Positions 54,578-64,000 of a DNA stretch of 64,000 nucleotides are shown here, piece by piece. The notes below the pieces were generated by a model. It worked only from the letters and a program-made list of their open reading frames with translations, had not been told where the DNA came from and ran no database searches. The position numbers were made by a program, and so were the translations under genes. The first letter of the stretch is position 1, and the number at the start of each line of letters is the position of its first letter. The DNA is from Flavobacteriales bacterium (GTDB lineage Bacteria > Bacteroidota > Bacteroidia > Flavobacteriales > Flavobacteriaceae). The stretch spans positions 12,987 to 76,986 of the forward strand of contig JALVST010000102.1 in NCBI GenBank assembly GCA_027024205.1. Reading direction: 5' to 3'.

Positions 54578-56275
54578 TTAATCAACAGATTTTACAAATA
54601 AACCTTCACCGGTATTTTCTACTTTGGCTAGTTTCTTTTTGGTTAAACCTTTGATAGCTTTATCCCATTTTTTATTGGATAAACCGGCTTGTGATTTGAG
54701 TTCGGATAACAAAACCGGTGATTGTTCTTTTAATAATTTCAAAACTGTTTTTTCATCGTCTGTAAGAGCTACTGCTTTTTTCTCCGGTTTCATCTGTGGA
54801 AAGAAAATCACTTCTTGAATACTGTCGTTATCAGTTAAAAACATGGTCAATCTATCGATACCAATTCCGATACCCGAAGTGGGTGGCATTCCGTATTCCA
54901 ATGCCCGTAAAAAATCGTGATCGATATACATGGCTTCATCGTCTCCCTTTTGGGACAAACGCAATTGTTCTTCAAAACGTTCCCGTTGGTCAATAGGATC
55001 ATTTAATTCGGAATAAGCGTTGGCCAATTCTTTGCCGTTTACAATCAACTCAAAACGTTCGGTTAAACCGGGTTTGTTGCGATGTTCTTTTGTTAAGGGG
55101 CTCATCTCTTTGGGATAGTCCGTGATAAAAGTTGGCTGTATGTAATGATGTTCACACTTTTCTCCGAAAATTTCATCTATCAATTTACCTTTACCCATGG
55201 TTTCATCCACTTCAATATCCAATTTTTTGGCAATTTCTCTGATATCTTCTTCCGTTTTGTCATACAAATCGTAACCGGTATGCTCTTTTATGGCTTCTAA
55301 AATGGGCACGCGCGGATAAGGCGCTTTAAAATCAATGATTTTATCTCCCATTTTAACTTTGGTATCACCGGTCACTTCTTTGGCCACTTTTTCGAGTAAT
55401 TGCTCGGTTAATTTCATCATCCAATTATAATCTTTGTAAGGCACGTAAAGTTCCATGACGGTAAATTCCGGATTGTGGGTTTTATCCATACCTTCATTTC
55501 TGAAATCTTTGGCAAATTCGTAAACCCCGTCAAATCCTCCTACGATTAATCTTTTGAGATACAGTTCGTTAGCAATGCGTAAATATAAAGGAATATCCAA
55601 TGCATTGTGATGGGTGATAAACGGACGGGCTGCTGCACCGCCGGGAATGGGTTGTAAAATAGGTGTTTCCACTTCCAAATAGCCGCGTTCATTGAGGAAA
55701 TTGCGGATTGTATTGATGATTTTGGTGCGTTTAATAAAAGTATCTTTAACTTTTTCATTGACAATTAAATCAACATAACGTTGACGATATCGCAGTTCGG
55801 GGTCTGAAAAGGCATCGTGTACTTTACCGTCTGCATCTATCTTTACAACGGGCAATGGCCGTAAAGATTTAGTTAATACCGTTAATTCTTTGACATTAAT
55901 AGAAGGCTCGCCGACTTTGGTTTTAAAGACTTCACCATTAACCCCGATGATATCCCCGATATCGAGTAATTTTTTAAAAACCGTGTTATACATAGTCTTA
56001 TCTTCGCCCGGACACAATTCATCCCTGTTGACATAAATTTGCATCCTGCCCGTAGCATCTTTCAATTCGGCAAATGAGGCTTTACCCATAATCCGGCGAC
56101 TCATCATACGTCCCGCAACTTGCACCTCTTTACCTTCATAATCATCAAAACGGTTTAGAATATCTGCGATTTTTGCCGTGACTTTATATTCATCCGCCGG
56201 ATAAGGATTAATACCAAGTTCTCTCAATTTTTTTAAAGACTCTCTTCTGACGATTTCTTGTTCGGATAACTGCAT
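54578..56275 (-). CDS. lysS: lysine--tRNA ligase (class II) with a C-terminal ~70-aa extension
   Basis: 565 aa with an OB-fold N-domain and class II motifs ([24 protein letters not shown]). Confidence 0.95.
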   Translation of the reverse strand: MQLSEQEIVRRESLKKLRELGINPYPADEYKVTAKIADILNRFDDYEGKEVQVAGRMMSRRIMGKASFAELKDATGRMQIYVNRDELCPGEDKTMYNTVFKKLLDIGDIIGVNGEVFKTKVGEPSINVKELTVLTKSLRPLPVVKIDADGKVHDAFSDPELRYRQRYVDLIVNEKVKDTFIKRTKIINTIRNFLNERGYLEVETPILQPIPGGAAARPFITHHNALDIPLYLRIANELYLKRLIVGGFDGVYEFAKDFRNEGMDKTHNPEFTVMELYVPYKDYNWMMKLTEQLLEKVAKEVTGDTKVKMGDKIIDFKAPYPRVPILEAIKEHTGYDLYDKTEEDIREIAKKLDIEVDETMGKGKLIDEIFGEKCEHHYIQPTFITDYPKEMSPLTKEHRNKPGLTERFELIVNGKELANAYSELNDPIDQRERFEEQLRLSQKGDDEAMYIDHDFLRALEYGMPPTSGIGIGIDRLTMFLTDNDSIQEVIFFPQMKPEKKAVALTDDEKTVLKLLKEQSPVLLSELKSQAGLSNKKWDKAIKGLTKKKLAKVENTGEGLFVKSVD

Positions 56276-56300
56276 AAATACACTGATTTTGATTTGAATG

Positions 56301-56308
56301 CAAAGATA
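56301..56308 (-). promoter_or_regulatory. -7 promoter box TATCTTTG
   Basis: Matches TAnnTTTG, 25 nt upstream of the lysS ATG. Confidence 0.5.
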
Positions 56309-56332
56309 CTATATTAAAGTTAAAAGTTGAAA

Positions 56333-56373
56333 CTTGTAAATCCTTGAATAAGGTTGAACGGTTTTTATTAATA
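56333..56373. repeat. intergenic repeat module A, inverted copy
   Basis: Its reverse complement is 37/41 identical to 29396-29436. Confidence 0.8.
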
Positions 56374-56670
56374 TTTACATTGATTGTTCCGACAGTCTTT
56401 TGTTTTCCGGTAAATCTAAAATTAATAAAACCATATAAGACATATAGGACACAAAAGAATAAAATTTATATAAATTTATGTGCATAAATGGTTTAAAATA
56501 ATCTCAATACTAATCCGCATTTCCTCAATTTAAAAAGACAATGATATGGTATAAAGAAACAAATAATCATTAAAAAAACTTAATAATCTATGAAATAGAA
56601 CAAATCCTCCATTCTTCAAATATAAACAGAAAAATAAAAACGGCAGTAAATATCAAATATGATGTGAAGT

Positions 56671-56711
56671 AAAAAAAAATCCCGTTTGAGAATCTTAAAC
56701 GGGATTTTTTT
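56671..56711. terminator. bidirectional intrinsic terminator
   Basis: An A9 run, ATCCCGTTT-gagaatctt-AAACGGGAT, then T7. It lies 51 nt downstream of small ORF A on the minus strand. Confidence 0.8.
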
Positions 56712-56762
56712 ATCTAACTAAAACAGAGCTATGAGAATTAAGGTTAACAACAAACTCAAAAA

Positions 56763-56900
56763 CTATTTTTTATAATTAGGATTCTTTTGTTTGCCTTTAT
56801 TGCCTTGAACCTTGGCATAGTATTTATTGACTCCTTTAGTGCCGCGGTTGGCATTAAGCTGGTTAGCATGATTGTCCAGTGGTGATATTTTCCTTTTCAT
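56763..56900 (-). CDS. small basic protein, 45 aa (not in the ORF track)
   Basis: Manual translation: MKRKISPLDNHANQLNANRGTKGVNKYYAKVQGNKGKQKNPNYKK. It is a paralogue of the upstream small ORF, and a terminator follows. Confidence 0.55.
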   Translation of the reverse strand: MKRKISPLDNHANQLNANRGTKGVNKYYAKVQGNKGKQKNPNYKK

Positions 56901-56955
56901 CTTTTCTTATCCTTTATCGTTATTTTATTACTTTTTTTAAAATCAAAAAAAAATC

Positions 56956-57072
56956 TCATTTTTCCGGATTTAATGATTTTTCTTTCTTTACACGTACCCT
57001 GGCATATTGTTTACTGACCGTTTTGTTTTGACGGTTCAAATTTGTTGTGTTTGTGTGATTCATATTTTTCAT
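56956..57072 (-). CDS. small basic protein, 38 aa (not in the ORF track)
   Basis: Manual translation: MKNMNHTNTTNLNRQNKTVSKQYARVRVKKEKSLNPEK. It aligns without gaps to the 45-aa ORF (NH.N..N.NR..K.V.K.YA[KR]V...K.K..NP). Confidence 0.5.
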   Translation of the reverse strand: MKNMNHTNTTNLNRQNKTVSKQYARVRVKKEKSLNPEK

Positions 57073-57111
57073 AAATGTAATTTTTGGTTAATAAACCTCG
57101 GACTTGCGACT

Positions 57112-57119
57112 CAAAAATA
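57112..57119 (-). promoter_or_regulatory. -7 promoter box TATTTTTG
   Basis: Matches TAnnTTTG, 39 nt upstream of the ATG at 57072. Confidence 0.4.
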
Positions 57120-57242
57120 ATTGATTAGATATTGCATTTGCAACTTTTGGGGAAAATTTCTGTTTTTTGGATGAAAATTACTATAAATTGAGAGAATAAT
57201 TTTTATAATGTTGGTATTTCAATATGGTTTTGAAATTTCTTT

Positions 57243-57977
57243 TTAATCTTTAATACAACGAATTGTAAGGCCAAACAATTTTTTTCCGCTAAAACGGGTA
57301 ACGCCCGTTTTATCGTAAGCTAAAAAACGTCCGAAAACTTGAGTATTATCCCCGGGTGTTTCTGTGGCGCTCCACCAATAGTTATATGATCCGGACAAAA
57401 GAAACAAACCGCTGAAGCCATTTCTTATACCGTTGGGTAAACCTGAGAAGCCGGTTTTGTTTCTCGCATCCGGATAATCAGTATTTCCTACAGCGCCTTC
57501 AACACTGGAAAATTGCCAATCGTGATCAGTAGCCAAGGATTTTGCAATTCCATCGTTACCAATAACGCCATTGTAAGCGTAACCGTTTTGAATGAGATAA
57601 TTTTCCAATTCCGTCCATTCCTCATCGGTAGGTAAATGCCAGCCCTGGGGACAGGCAATTTTTGCTGCTTCCCATTGGTACAAAACACAGGAATTATTAT
57701 TGTTATCGTAATAACACCATCCCATATAATCGGTGTTGTTAATCCATTGATTGGCATCGGTGATATGTTCCAGATCATTACCTGTATATGCCAAATCTTC
57801 AGCCATCCAAACCTGATTTCCAATTTTAATCCATTGGTAAGTTTTATTGTCTCTTGCATCGGTAAAAAAACCGCTTTCTTTGTCAGAGTCGCTGTTGTTA
57901 TCTTTCTTTTTACAACCTGTAAAGAGAAATAAAAAAGGTATCAGCAACCCGATTAAAATATACTGATTATTTTTCAT
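57243..57977 (-). CDS. FISUMP-domain (Fibrobacter succinogenes major paralogous domain) lipoprotein
   Basis: 244 aa with lipobox LFTGC and FTDARDNKTYQWIKIGNQVWMAEDL ... GWHLPTDEEW ... YWWSATE. Confidence 0.8.
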   Translation of the reverse strand: MKNNQYILIGLLIPFLFLFTGCKKKDNNSDSDKESGFFTDARDNKTYQWIKIGNQVWMAEDLAYTGNDLEHITDANQWINNTDYMGWCYYDNNNNSCVLYQWEAAKIACPQGWHLPTDEEWTELENYLIQNGYAYNGVIGNDGIAKSLATDHDWQFSSVEGAVGNTDYPDARNKTGFSGLPNGIRNGFSGLFLLSGSYNYWWSATETPGDNTQVFGRFLAYDKTGVTRFSGKKLFGLTIRCIKD

Positions 57978-58061
57978 TTTTTTAATTTTTTTGTTTAAAA
58001 AAAAGTTAAGATATACGAAGTAAATTTAATACATTTAAAATAAAAAGTCAAGTTGGTTTAG

Positions 58062-58100
58062 GGATTTAAAAAAGAACCGGCGTATGATAACACACGCCGG
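58062..58100 (-). terminator. orphan terminator-like hairpin
   Basis: CCGGCGT-N10-ACGCCGG at 58077-58100, followed on the minus strand by TTCTTTTTT. No annotated minus-strand gene lies upstream of it. Confidence 0.35.
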
Positions 58101-58345
58101 AAAATTTAGGGTAACAAACAAACAAACTTACATTGAAGCTAAACGAAACTTAAATGTAAACTCGATACAAATATCAAGTGAATTTCACTCTAATAAAAAT
58201 AACGGGGAAAATATGGTTATTATTGGGGAAAATCTTTCAAATTTTAATGATATGTGATTTTTTTAAACGGTATTAATAAATTATCTTACAAACTTTAATG
58301 GTTAGTTAAAAAAATATGAGAGATGAATTAATGCAAAAATCTGAC

Positions 58346-58353
58346 TAACTTTG
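58346..58353 (+). promoter_or_regulatory. -7 promoter box TAACTTTG
   Basis: Matches TAnnTTTG, 35 nt upstream of the ATG at 58389. Confidence 0.45.
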
Positions 58354-58388
58354 TAAAAATATAATCGGAAAATTTTATAGATTTTTTT

Positions 58389-59567
58389 ATGATGATTGAC
58401 CGGAATTTTAAAAAATATCAAGCCCGGACGTCCTTACATCCTTTGGGATTAAAAGTATTGCATGCCAAGGGCAGTTATATTTATGATGTAAATGATAAAT
58501 CATATCTCGATTTTGTAGCCGGTGTTTCGGCCAATGTGATAGGACACAGGCCGGAGGTTGTGGTAGAAGCAGTCAAATCCCAATTGAATAAGTATATGCA
58601 CGTGATGGTTTATGGCGAATTTATCCAAGAACCCCAAGTAGCATTGTGTCAAAAATTAGCCTCACTTTTACCCGGTGATTTATCGGTTACGTATTTGGTT
58701 AATTCCGGAACGGAAGCAACCGAAGGCGCATTAAAATTAGCAAAACTTTATACGGGAAGACCCAATATAATTGCGGCACATCGTTCTTATCACGGCAACA
58801 CACAAGGCAGTATGTCGGTTATGGATTATCCCGAACGTAAATATCCTTTTTTACCTTTAATTCCCGGTGTTAATTTTATCGATTTTAATGATTTTGATGC
58901 TATTGAAATGATAAATGAACAAACTGCCGCCATAATTTTGGAAACCATTCAAGGGGGAGCCGGATTTATTGAACCGGAAAAAGGGTATTTGAAAGCCGTT
59001 AAGGAACGTTGCAACCAAACCGGAACATTATTAATCCTCGATGAAATTCAAACCGGATTTGCCCGCACCGGAAAAATGTTCGGTTTTGAACATTACGACA
59101 TCATTCCCGACATCGTCATAACCGGAAAAGCGCTTGGTGGCGGTATGCCTATCGGGGCTTTTACTTCCACACCGGAAATTATGAAACATTTGACCAATCC
59201 GCCTATGGGACATATAACAACCTTCGGGGGACATCCGGTCATTGCCTCGGCTGCATTGGCGACTATAAACTTTATTGAAGACAATAAATTGGACAAAGAA
59301 GCACTTCGCAAAGAACAATTTATCCGTAAACATTTGAAACATCCGAAAATCAAAGAAATACGTGGTCGCGGCTTAATGCTTTCCCTGATAATGGAAACAC
59401 CGGAACAAGCAAACGATTTGGTGTTGAAAGCCCTCGATAACGGTTTGATTCTGTTTTGGTTACTCTACGAAAAGCGGGCTGTACGTATAACACCGCCGTT
59501 GACTGTCTCCGACACAGAATTGCTCAAAGGAATTGAGATTATATTAGATGTTTTAAACCGGGATTAA
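58389..59567 (+). CDS. class-III (acetylornithine/ornithine-type) PLP aminotransferase
   Basis: 392 aa with SGTEATEGALKLAK, LILDEIQTGFARTG and the PLP-Lys context TGKALGGG. Confidence 0.88.
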   Translation: MMIDRNFKKYQARTSLHPLGLKVLHAKGSYIYDVNDKSYLDFVAGVSANVIGHRPEVVVEAVKSQLNKYMHVMVYGEFIQEPQVALCQKLASLLPGDLSVTYLVNSGTEATEGALKLAKLYTGRPNIIAAHRSYHGNTQGSMSVMDYPERKYPFLPLIPGVNFIDFNDFDAIEMINEQTAAIILETIQGGAGFIEPEKGYLKAVKERCNQTGTLLILDEIQTGFARTGKMFGFEHYDIIPDIVITGKALGGGMPIGAFTSTPEIMKHLTNPPMGHITTFGGHPVIASAALATINFIEDNKLDKEALRKEQFIRKHLKHPKIKEIRGRGLMLSLIMETPEQANDLVLKALDNGLILFWLLYEKRAVRITPPLTVSDTELLKGIEIILDVLNRD

Positions 59568-59673
59568 TAAAAGATATGATGAATTAAAATGTTTCATTAA
59601 TCCTTCGACTAGCTAAAAAAAAATGTAACAATTAACAACCGGACTCGTTAATAACAATATAAAATAAAAATGT

Positions 59674-60588
59674 ATGTCATCCATTTTAAAAGTAACGCAT
59701 TTAACAAAAAAATTTGGCAAATTAACGGCGGTTGACCGGTTAAGTTTTGAGATTGAAAAGGGGCATGTTTACGGTTTGTTAGGTCCCAACGGTAGTGGTA
59801 AATCAACTACTTTGGGCATGATTTTGAATGTCGTTAATAAAACTACCGGCGAATTTAAATGGTTTGAAGGCAAACTTACCGGTGCCGAAGCCCGCAAGCA
59901 TATCGGTGCCATTATCGAACGGCCGAATTTTTATCCGTATATGACGGCTTGGCAAAATTTGAATTTGGTTTGCAAAATAAAAGAAATAACAACGGATACT
60001 ATCGATGAAAAATTGGAATTGGTCGGCTTGTACGACAGGAAACACGACAAATTTAAAACTTATTCGTTGGGAATGAAACAACGCTTGGCTATTGCATCGG
60101 CATTGTTGAATAATCCGGAAATGTTGATATTGGACGAACCGACTAACGGTTTGGATCCTAAGGGTATCCATGAAATTCGTAAAATTATCAGAGATATTGC
60201 TTCGCAAGGGACCACCATAATTTTAGCTTCTCATTTATTGGACGAAGTGGAAAAAGTTTGTGACCAGGTGATAATTTTGCAAAAAGGTAAAAAGATATTT
60301 GAAGGAAAAGTGTCTGAAATGAGCGTGCAAACTTTTTGGTATGAATTGCAATCCGTTGAATCTGAAAAAATTAGAAAGCTGTTGTTGAAAAATCCTTCTG
60401 TTAAGGAAGTAATGTTGGAAAATGCTATCGTAAAAGTTTTTCCGGCAACCCGGGAACTTTCGGGCAAAGATTTGAACGAATATTTAGCGCAACAAGGTAT
60501 TTACGTAGAAAGTCTCATCAAGAAACAACCCCGTTTGGAAGATGAATTTTTAAAAATTACGGAAAGAAACGAACATGATTTTTTTTAA
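59674..60588 (+). CDS. ABC transporter ATP-binding protein
   Basis: 304 aa with Walker A GPNGSGKST, signature LGMKQRL and Walker B LILDEPT. Confidence 0.92.
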   Translation: MSSILKVTHLTKKFGKLTAVDRLSFEIEKGHVYGLLGPNGSGKSTTLGMILNVVNKTTGEFKWFEGKLTGAEARKHIGAIIERPNFYPYMTAWQNLNLVCKIKEITTDTIDEKLELVGLYDRKHDKFKTYSLGMKQRLAIASALLNNPEMLILDEPTNGLDPKGIHEIRKIIRDIASQGTTIILASHLLDEVEKVCDQVIILQKGKKIFEGKVSEMSVQTFWYELQSVESEKIRKLLLKNPSVKEVMLENAIVKVFPATRELSGKDLNEYLAQQGIYVESLIKKQPRLEDEFLKITERNEHDFF

Positions 60589-60688
60589 TCATAAAATACA
60601 CAAGGTTATGATTAAAATAAATTCATGAGAGTTGCTGAATGTATTATAAATTTTTATTAATTTTTTATAAAATAAAAATTTTAAGCAG

Positions 60689-61531
60689 ATGAAACATTTT
60701 ATAAAACTCTTAGAAATTGAATATTATAAAATCAGTCTTCACAAATTGAGCCGGATTTTATTTCTGTCTTATTTTGTATTGTTATCCGGTATCGCATTGA
60801 TTGCCGCTATTAAATTTAATCTCGGAAATGTAGAAATACATTTGGCCGAACAAGGTATTTTTAACTTTCCTTATATCTGGCATTTCAATACGTGGGTAGC
60901 CGATTTTTTAACCTTCTTTTTAGCCATTATTGTCGTTTCAATGGTTACCAATGAATATACTTACCGGACGGTTAAGCAAAATTTAATAGACGGTATGACC
61001 AAAAAAGAATTTGTCTTGTCCAAATTTTATTTTCTGGTTGTTTTGTCGTTTTTGGCCACTTTTTTTGTGTTTATTATCAGCCTTATCTTAGGTTTGGTAT
61101 ATTCTGATTTTACCAGTTCCGGCATTATATTTCAAGACTTGTATTTTTTACTGGCTTTCTTTTTAAAATTGCTGGGTACATTTTCATTTATCATGTTTTT
61201 GGGCTTTTTATTCAAACGGGCAGCCATTGCCCTGGGTTTTTTCTTCGTCTGGATGATAGTTGAAGGGATTACATACGGTATATTGCGCTGGAAAATTTTT
61301 GATAAAGAAATCGCCCGGGCAATCACTCAATTTTTTCCTTATACTTCCATAAAAAATTTGCTCCCCGAACCGATTACACGTCTCAATGCCGCTAAAAATA
61401 TCGGGAAACAAATCGGAGAGCATATCGATAAATTTGAAGGAATACCTGCTCATTATTTTTTCATTGTTTTCATTTGGATTGTGTTTTTTGTATTTTTTTC
61501 ATATAAATTGCTTCAAAAAAGAGATTTATAA
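60689..61531 (+). CDS. ABC-2 family transporter permease
   Basis: 280 aa with 6 TM helices. It follows the ATPase gene. Confidence 0.7.
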   Translation: MKHFIKLLEIEYYKISLHKLSRILFLSYFVLLSGIALIAAIKFNLGNVEIHLAEQGIFNFPYIWHFNTWVADFLTFFLAIIVVSMVTNEYTYRTVKQNLIDGMTKKEFVLSKFYFLVVLSFLATFFVFIISLILGLVYSDFTSSGIIFQDLYFLLAFFLKLLGTFSFIMFLGFLFKRAAIALGFFFVWMIVEGITYGILRWKIFDKEIARAITQFFPYTSIKNLLPEPITRLNAAKNIGKQIGEHIDKFEGIPAHYFFIVFIWIVFFVFFSYKLLQKRDL

Positions 61532-61564
61532 GTTAAAAAAATTTGCAGATAAAAATTAAACTTT

Positions 61565-61572
61565 TATCTTTG
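61565..61572 (+). promoter_or_regulatory. -7 promoter box TATCTTTG
   Basis: Matches TAnnTTTG, 18 nt upstream of the ATG at 61591. Confidence 0.5.
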
Positions 61573-61590
61573 AAGCAAACACAAAGGGTA

Positions 61591-64000
61591 ATGAAAAAAC
61601 AATTTGTAACAGCAATAATCATTTCATTTATCACTTTCAGCTTAAATGCGCAGTATGAAGCGGCGCATTGGTTTTTTGGAACACATGCCGGTATGGATTT
61701 TTCCGGTGGTGCCCCTGTCAGGGAACCCGGCGGGCAAATAGATACCGAAGAAGGTTGTTCGTCCATATCCAACGCCTGTGGTGATTTATTATTTTATACC
61801 GATGGTATTACCATTTGGAATGCCAATCATCAAATCATGCAAAACGGGACAGGATTGCATGGAGATGATTCGTCCACGCAATCGGGAATTGTTGTTCCCA
61901 AACCCGGAGACAGACATACGTATTATGTTTTTACAGTGGATGATGCCTATGCATCTCCTTCCACGGACGGGATGCAATATTCGGTGGTAGATATGACTTT
62001 GAACGGAGGATTAGGGGCAGTTGTAGCGGGACAAAAAAATATTAAATTGGTTCAGCATGCCAGTGAAAAAGTAACGGCTGTTGCAAGTGCAGACGGTAGT
62101 GCGGTATGGGTGATTACTTTGGCTCCGCCGACCAATGATAATTCTGCACTTTACCATACTATCGGGACTAATATGAATACTTTTTATGCCTTTAAAATTA
62201 CAGATACGGGTGTGCAAACCACGGCAACCGTTTCTCAAATGTCCCTCAGTATTATGAACGGCATCGGCTATATGAAAGTATCGCCGGACGGGACCAAATT
62301 GGCTATTGCCAATCCTAATGATTATTCCGCTTATTTATTTGATTTTGATAGTTCAACCGGAGCGGTAAGTAATCCGGTTCAGTTACCCCTCAATATGGGC
62401 AATAATCAACCTTACGGTTTGGAGTTTTCGCCTGACAGTTCAAAATTATATCTCAGTGATTGGAACAACCGTTTAACCCAATTTGACTTGGCAAATAATA
62501 ATCAAGCGACTATCATCAGCACCGATACCAATTACCGTGCTGCTTTACAGTTGGGTTTGGACGGAAAAATATACAGGCCTTATACTACCAGTTACGGTTC
62601 AACACATAATACCGTTAGTGTTATTGAAAATCCTAATGAGGCCGGAACTGCATGTAATTACAGGCATAGATATATCAACTTGGGGTCAGGAATGTCTGTT
62701 CACCAAGGTTTACCACCATTTATTCAATCTTATTTTGTGCAAATTCAAGCACCTAACGTCACGGCGCAGTTCAATAATATATGGGAAGTGAATTCCAATG
62801 AAGAGATTGTCAGTGTGGATTGGGATTTCGGTGACGGAACAACAACGACCAGTTATCCCGATAATCCGCCAGATAATACGCATTCTCAGATAATACATTC
62901 CTACGCGGCTCCCGGCACTTATACTATCACAGCGACTTTACATTTATTTATGGGTTGTGATGTGACCGTAACACAAGTCTTTATGATTCCTCCCGATATT
63001 GATGTTTATGTTTGCAGTACCAACTTATCAGGAATTGAAACTCTGGATTTGCATCAGTTTGATAGTGATGTTATAGCCAGTCAATCGACTTCCGGAAATT
63101 ATGAAATTCATTATTTCCTTAACGAAACGGATGCTTTTAATAATAGTAATGAAATAACGACGCCTTATACCAATTCTTCAAGCCGGGACAGGTTAACTTA
63201 TGAAATGATAGATACCACAACCGGCGTGGTAAGTTACGGAACTTTTTTCCTGAACATTAATCCGATGCCTGAGATTTTTAATGTTCCTGATTATGAGGTT
63301 TGTGATAATGACAATGACGGTTTTGCGGAATTTGATTTAACCGTTAAAGAAACCGAAATTTTAGGCACCAGAACCAATCCGCCTTATGAAATAAAATATT
63401 ATCCGACCCAAACCGATGCCCAAGCCGGAACAAATGAAATTACCGATACGGCCAATTATACCAATACAACAGCTTTTAACGATACGGTTTGGTATCAAAT
63501 TACCGATACCAATACAGGTTGTGCCAATGAAGGCTCATTTAATTTAATAGTTCATCCGTTACCCGAAATTGTTATGGATGATACTTATTTGTTCTGCCTG
63601 GGTAGTAATATTCAAATAGATGCCCCTTCTGGATTTGTATCATATCAATGGTCAACCGGTGAAACGACACAAGATATTATTGTGACTACCCCCGGTGATT
63701 ATACGGTTACGGTTACCGATAATAACGGTTGTACCAATTCCAAAACCGTAACGGTTAACACTTCCGATGCTGCCGTAATTGAAAATGTTGAGATTGTTGA
63801 TTTTAATGGAAACAACAATCAAATTACAGTCGTGGCTACCGGAATCGGTGATTACGAATATTCTTTGGACGGTATGAATTATCAGGATTCCAATGTATTC
63901 TCAGGTTTGTATCCCGGCACTTATACGGTTTATGTTTCGGACAAAAACGGCTGCGGAGTAACGAGTCAAATTGTCGATTTGTTGGGAGCTCCCCGTTTTT
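61591..64000 (+). CDS. very large secreted adhesin-like protein, 5' part only (runs off the window)
   Basis: Absent from the ORF track because there is no stop in the window. I translated the whole stretch and found it open. Signal peptide MKKQFVTAIIISFITFSLNAQ, a PKD-like unit (VDWDFGDGTTTTSY ... GTYTITATL), VCDNDNDGFAEFDL units and YEYSLDG ... GTYTVYVSDKNGCG units, typical of flavobacterial T9SS type-B cargo. Confidence 0.8.
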   Translation, partial: MKKQFVTAIIISFITFSLNAQYEAAHWFFGTHAGMDFSGGAPVREPGGQIDTEEGCSSISNACGDLLFYTDGITIWNANHQIMQNGTGLHGDDSSTQSGIVVPKPGDRHTYYVFTVDDAYASPSTDGMQYSVVDMTLNGGLGAVVAGQKNIKLVQHASEKVTAVASADGSAVWVITLAPPTNDNSALYHTIGTNMNTFYAFKITDTGVQTTATVSQMSLSIMNGIGYMKVSPDGTKLAIANPNDYSAYLFDFDSSTGAVSNPVQLPLNMGNNQPYGLEFSPDSSKLYLSDWNNRLTQFDLANNNQATIISTDTNYRAALQLGLDGKIYRPYTTSYGSTHNTVSVIENPNEAGTACNYRHRYINLGSGMSVHQGLPPFIQSYFVQIQAPNVTAQFNNIWEVNSNEEIVSVDWDFGDGTTTTSYPDNPPDNTHSQIIHSYAAPGTYTITATLHLFMGCDVTVTQVFMIPPDIDVYVCSTNLSGIETLDLHQFDSDVIASQSTSGNYEIHYFLNETDAFNNSNEITTPYTNSSSRDRLTYEMIDTTTGVVSYGTFFLNINPMPEIFNVPDYEVCDNDNDGFAEFDLTVKETEILGTRTNPPYEIKYYPTQTDAQAGTNEITDTANYTNTTAFNDTVWYQITDTNTGCANEGSFNLIVHPLPEIVMDDTYLFCLGSNIQIDAPSGFVSYQWSTGETTQDIIVTTPGDYTVTVTDNNGCTNSKTVTVNTSDAAVIENVEIVDFNGNNNQITVVATGIGDYEYSLDGMNYQDSNVFSGLYPGTYTVYVSDKNGCGVTSQIVDLLGAPRF

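Noticed and set aside
54536-54580. 9-bp stem (TAAGACTTT/AAAGTCTTA) with a 27-nt loop overlapping the lysS stop, as the lysS terminator
   Set aside because: The loop is too large and the stem is AT-rich. It might contribute to termination, but I do not report it as a feature.
1-64000. Search for phage-defence, toxin-antitoxin, retron, DGR, integron or secondary-metabolite core genes, and for rRNA, tRNA, tmRNA, RNase P and riboswitch signatures
   Set aside because: I recognised none by eye. All ORFs over 150 aa are accounted for by the calls above or are shadow ORFs. GC-rich structured segments in intergenic DNA all resolve into repeat-family hairpins. A covariance-model scan would be needed to exclude small structured RNAs.

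Overview
AT-rich chromosomal segment from a Bacteroidota genome, most likely Flavobacteriia. The evidence is recurrent TAnnTTTG '-7' promoter boxes 4-70 nt upstream of start codons, T9SS C-terminal sorting domains, an XrtF exosortase pair, a CarboxypepD_reg-type TonB-dependent receptor with a DUF4249 partner, Na+-NQR (nqrABCDEF) and an ECF-sigma/DUF4252 module. There are about 60 protein genes. Most are housekeeping (proS, lysS, gpmI, pdxA, pruA, rbfA, lspA, rpsF-rpsR-rplI, nqr). The rest include an ArsR-OsmC-CDF-ArsC-thioredoxin-like operon, an ATPase-less HlyD/ABC-2/TolC efflux cluster with TetR, an FMO+SDR pair, several T9SS cargo proteins and the 5' part of a very large adhesin that runs off the window. 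I found no rRNA, tRNA, CRISPR array, cas gene, prophage or recognisable defence or toxin-antitoxin module, and no convincing novel multi-gene system. The most unusual items, in my order of interest: (1) a lipoprotein with an extreme Tyr-rich core and an Arg/Thr/Ser-rich basic tail (11469-12854). (2) Two tandem paralogous small ORFs of 38 and 45 aa, missing from the ORF track, with their own promoter box and terminator (56763-57072). (3) A genome-specific system of modular intergenic repeats: 7-nt-periodic arrays, REP-like hairpins that supply stop codons, and shuffled 40-60 bp modules. These repeats sit even inside operons, including a 467-bp island between nqrA and nqrB. (4) A 459-bp fold-back element flanked by exact 49-bp direct repeats that duplicate the 5' end of a gene. 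(5) A C/A-rich terminator-capped tract after an atypical orphan response regulator. (6) An internally deleted IS4-family element. All functional calls rest on motif recognition by eye. No searches were run.
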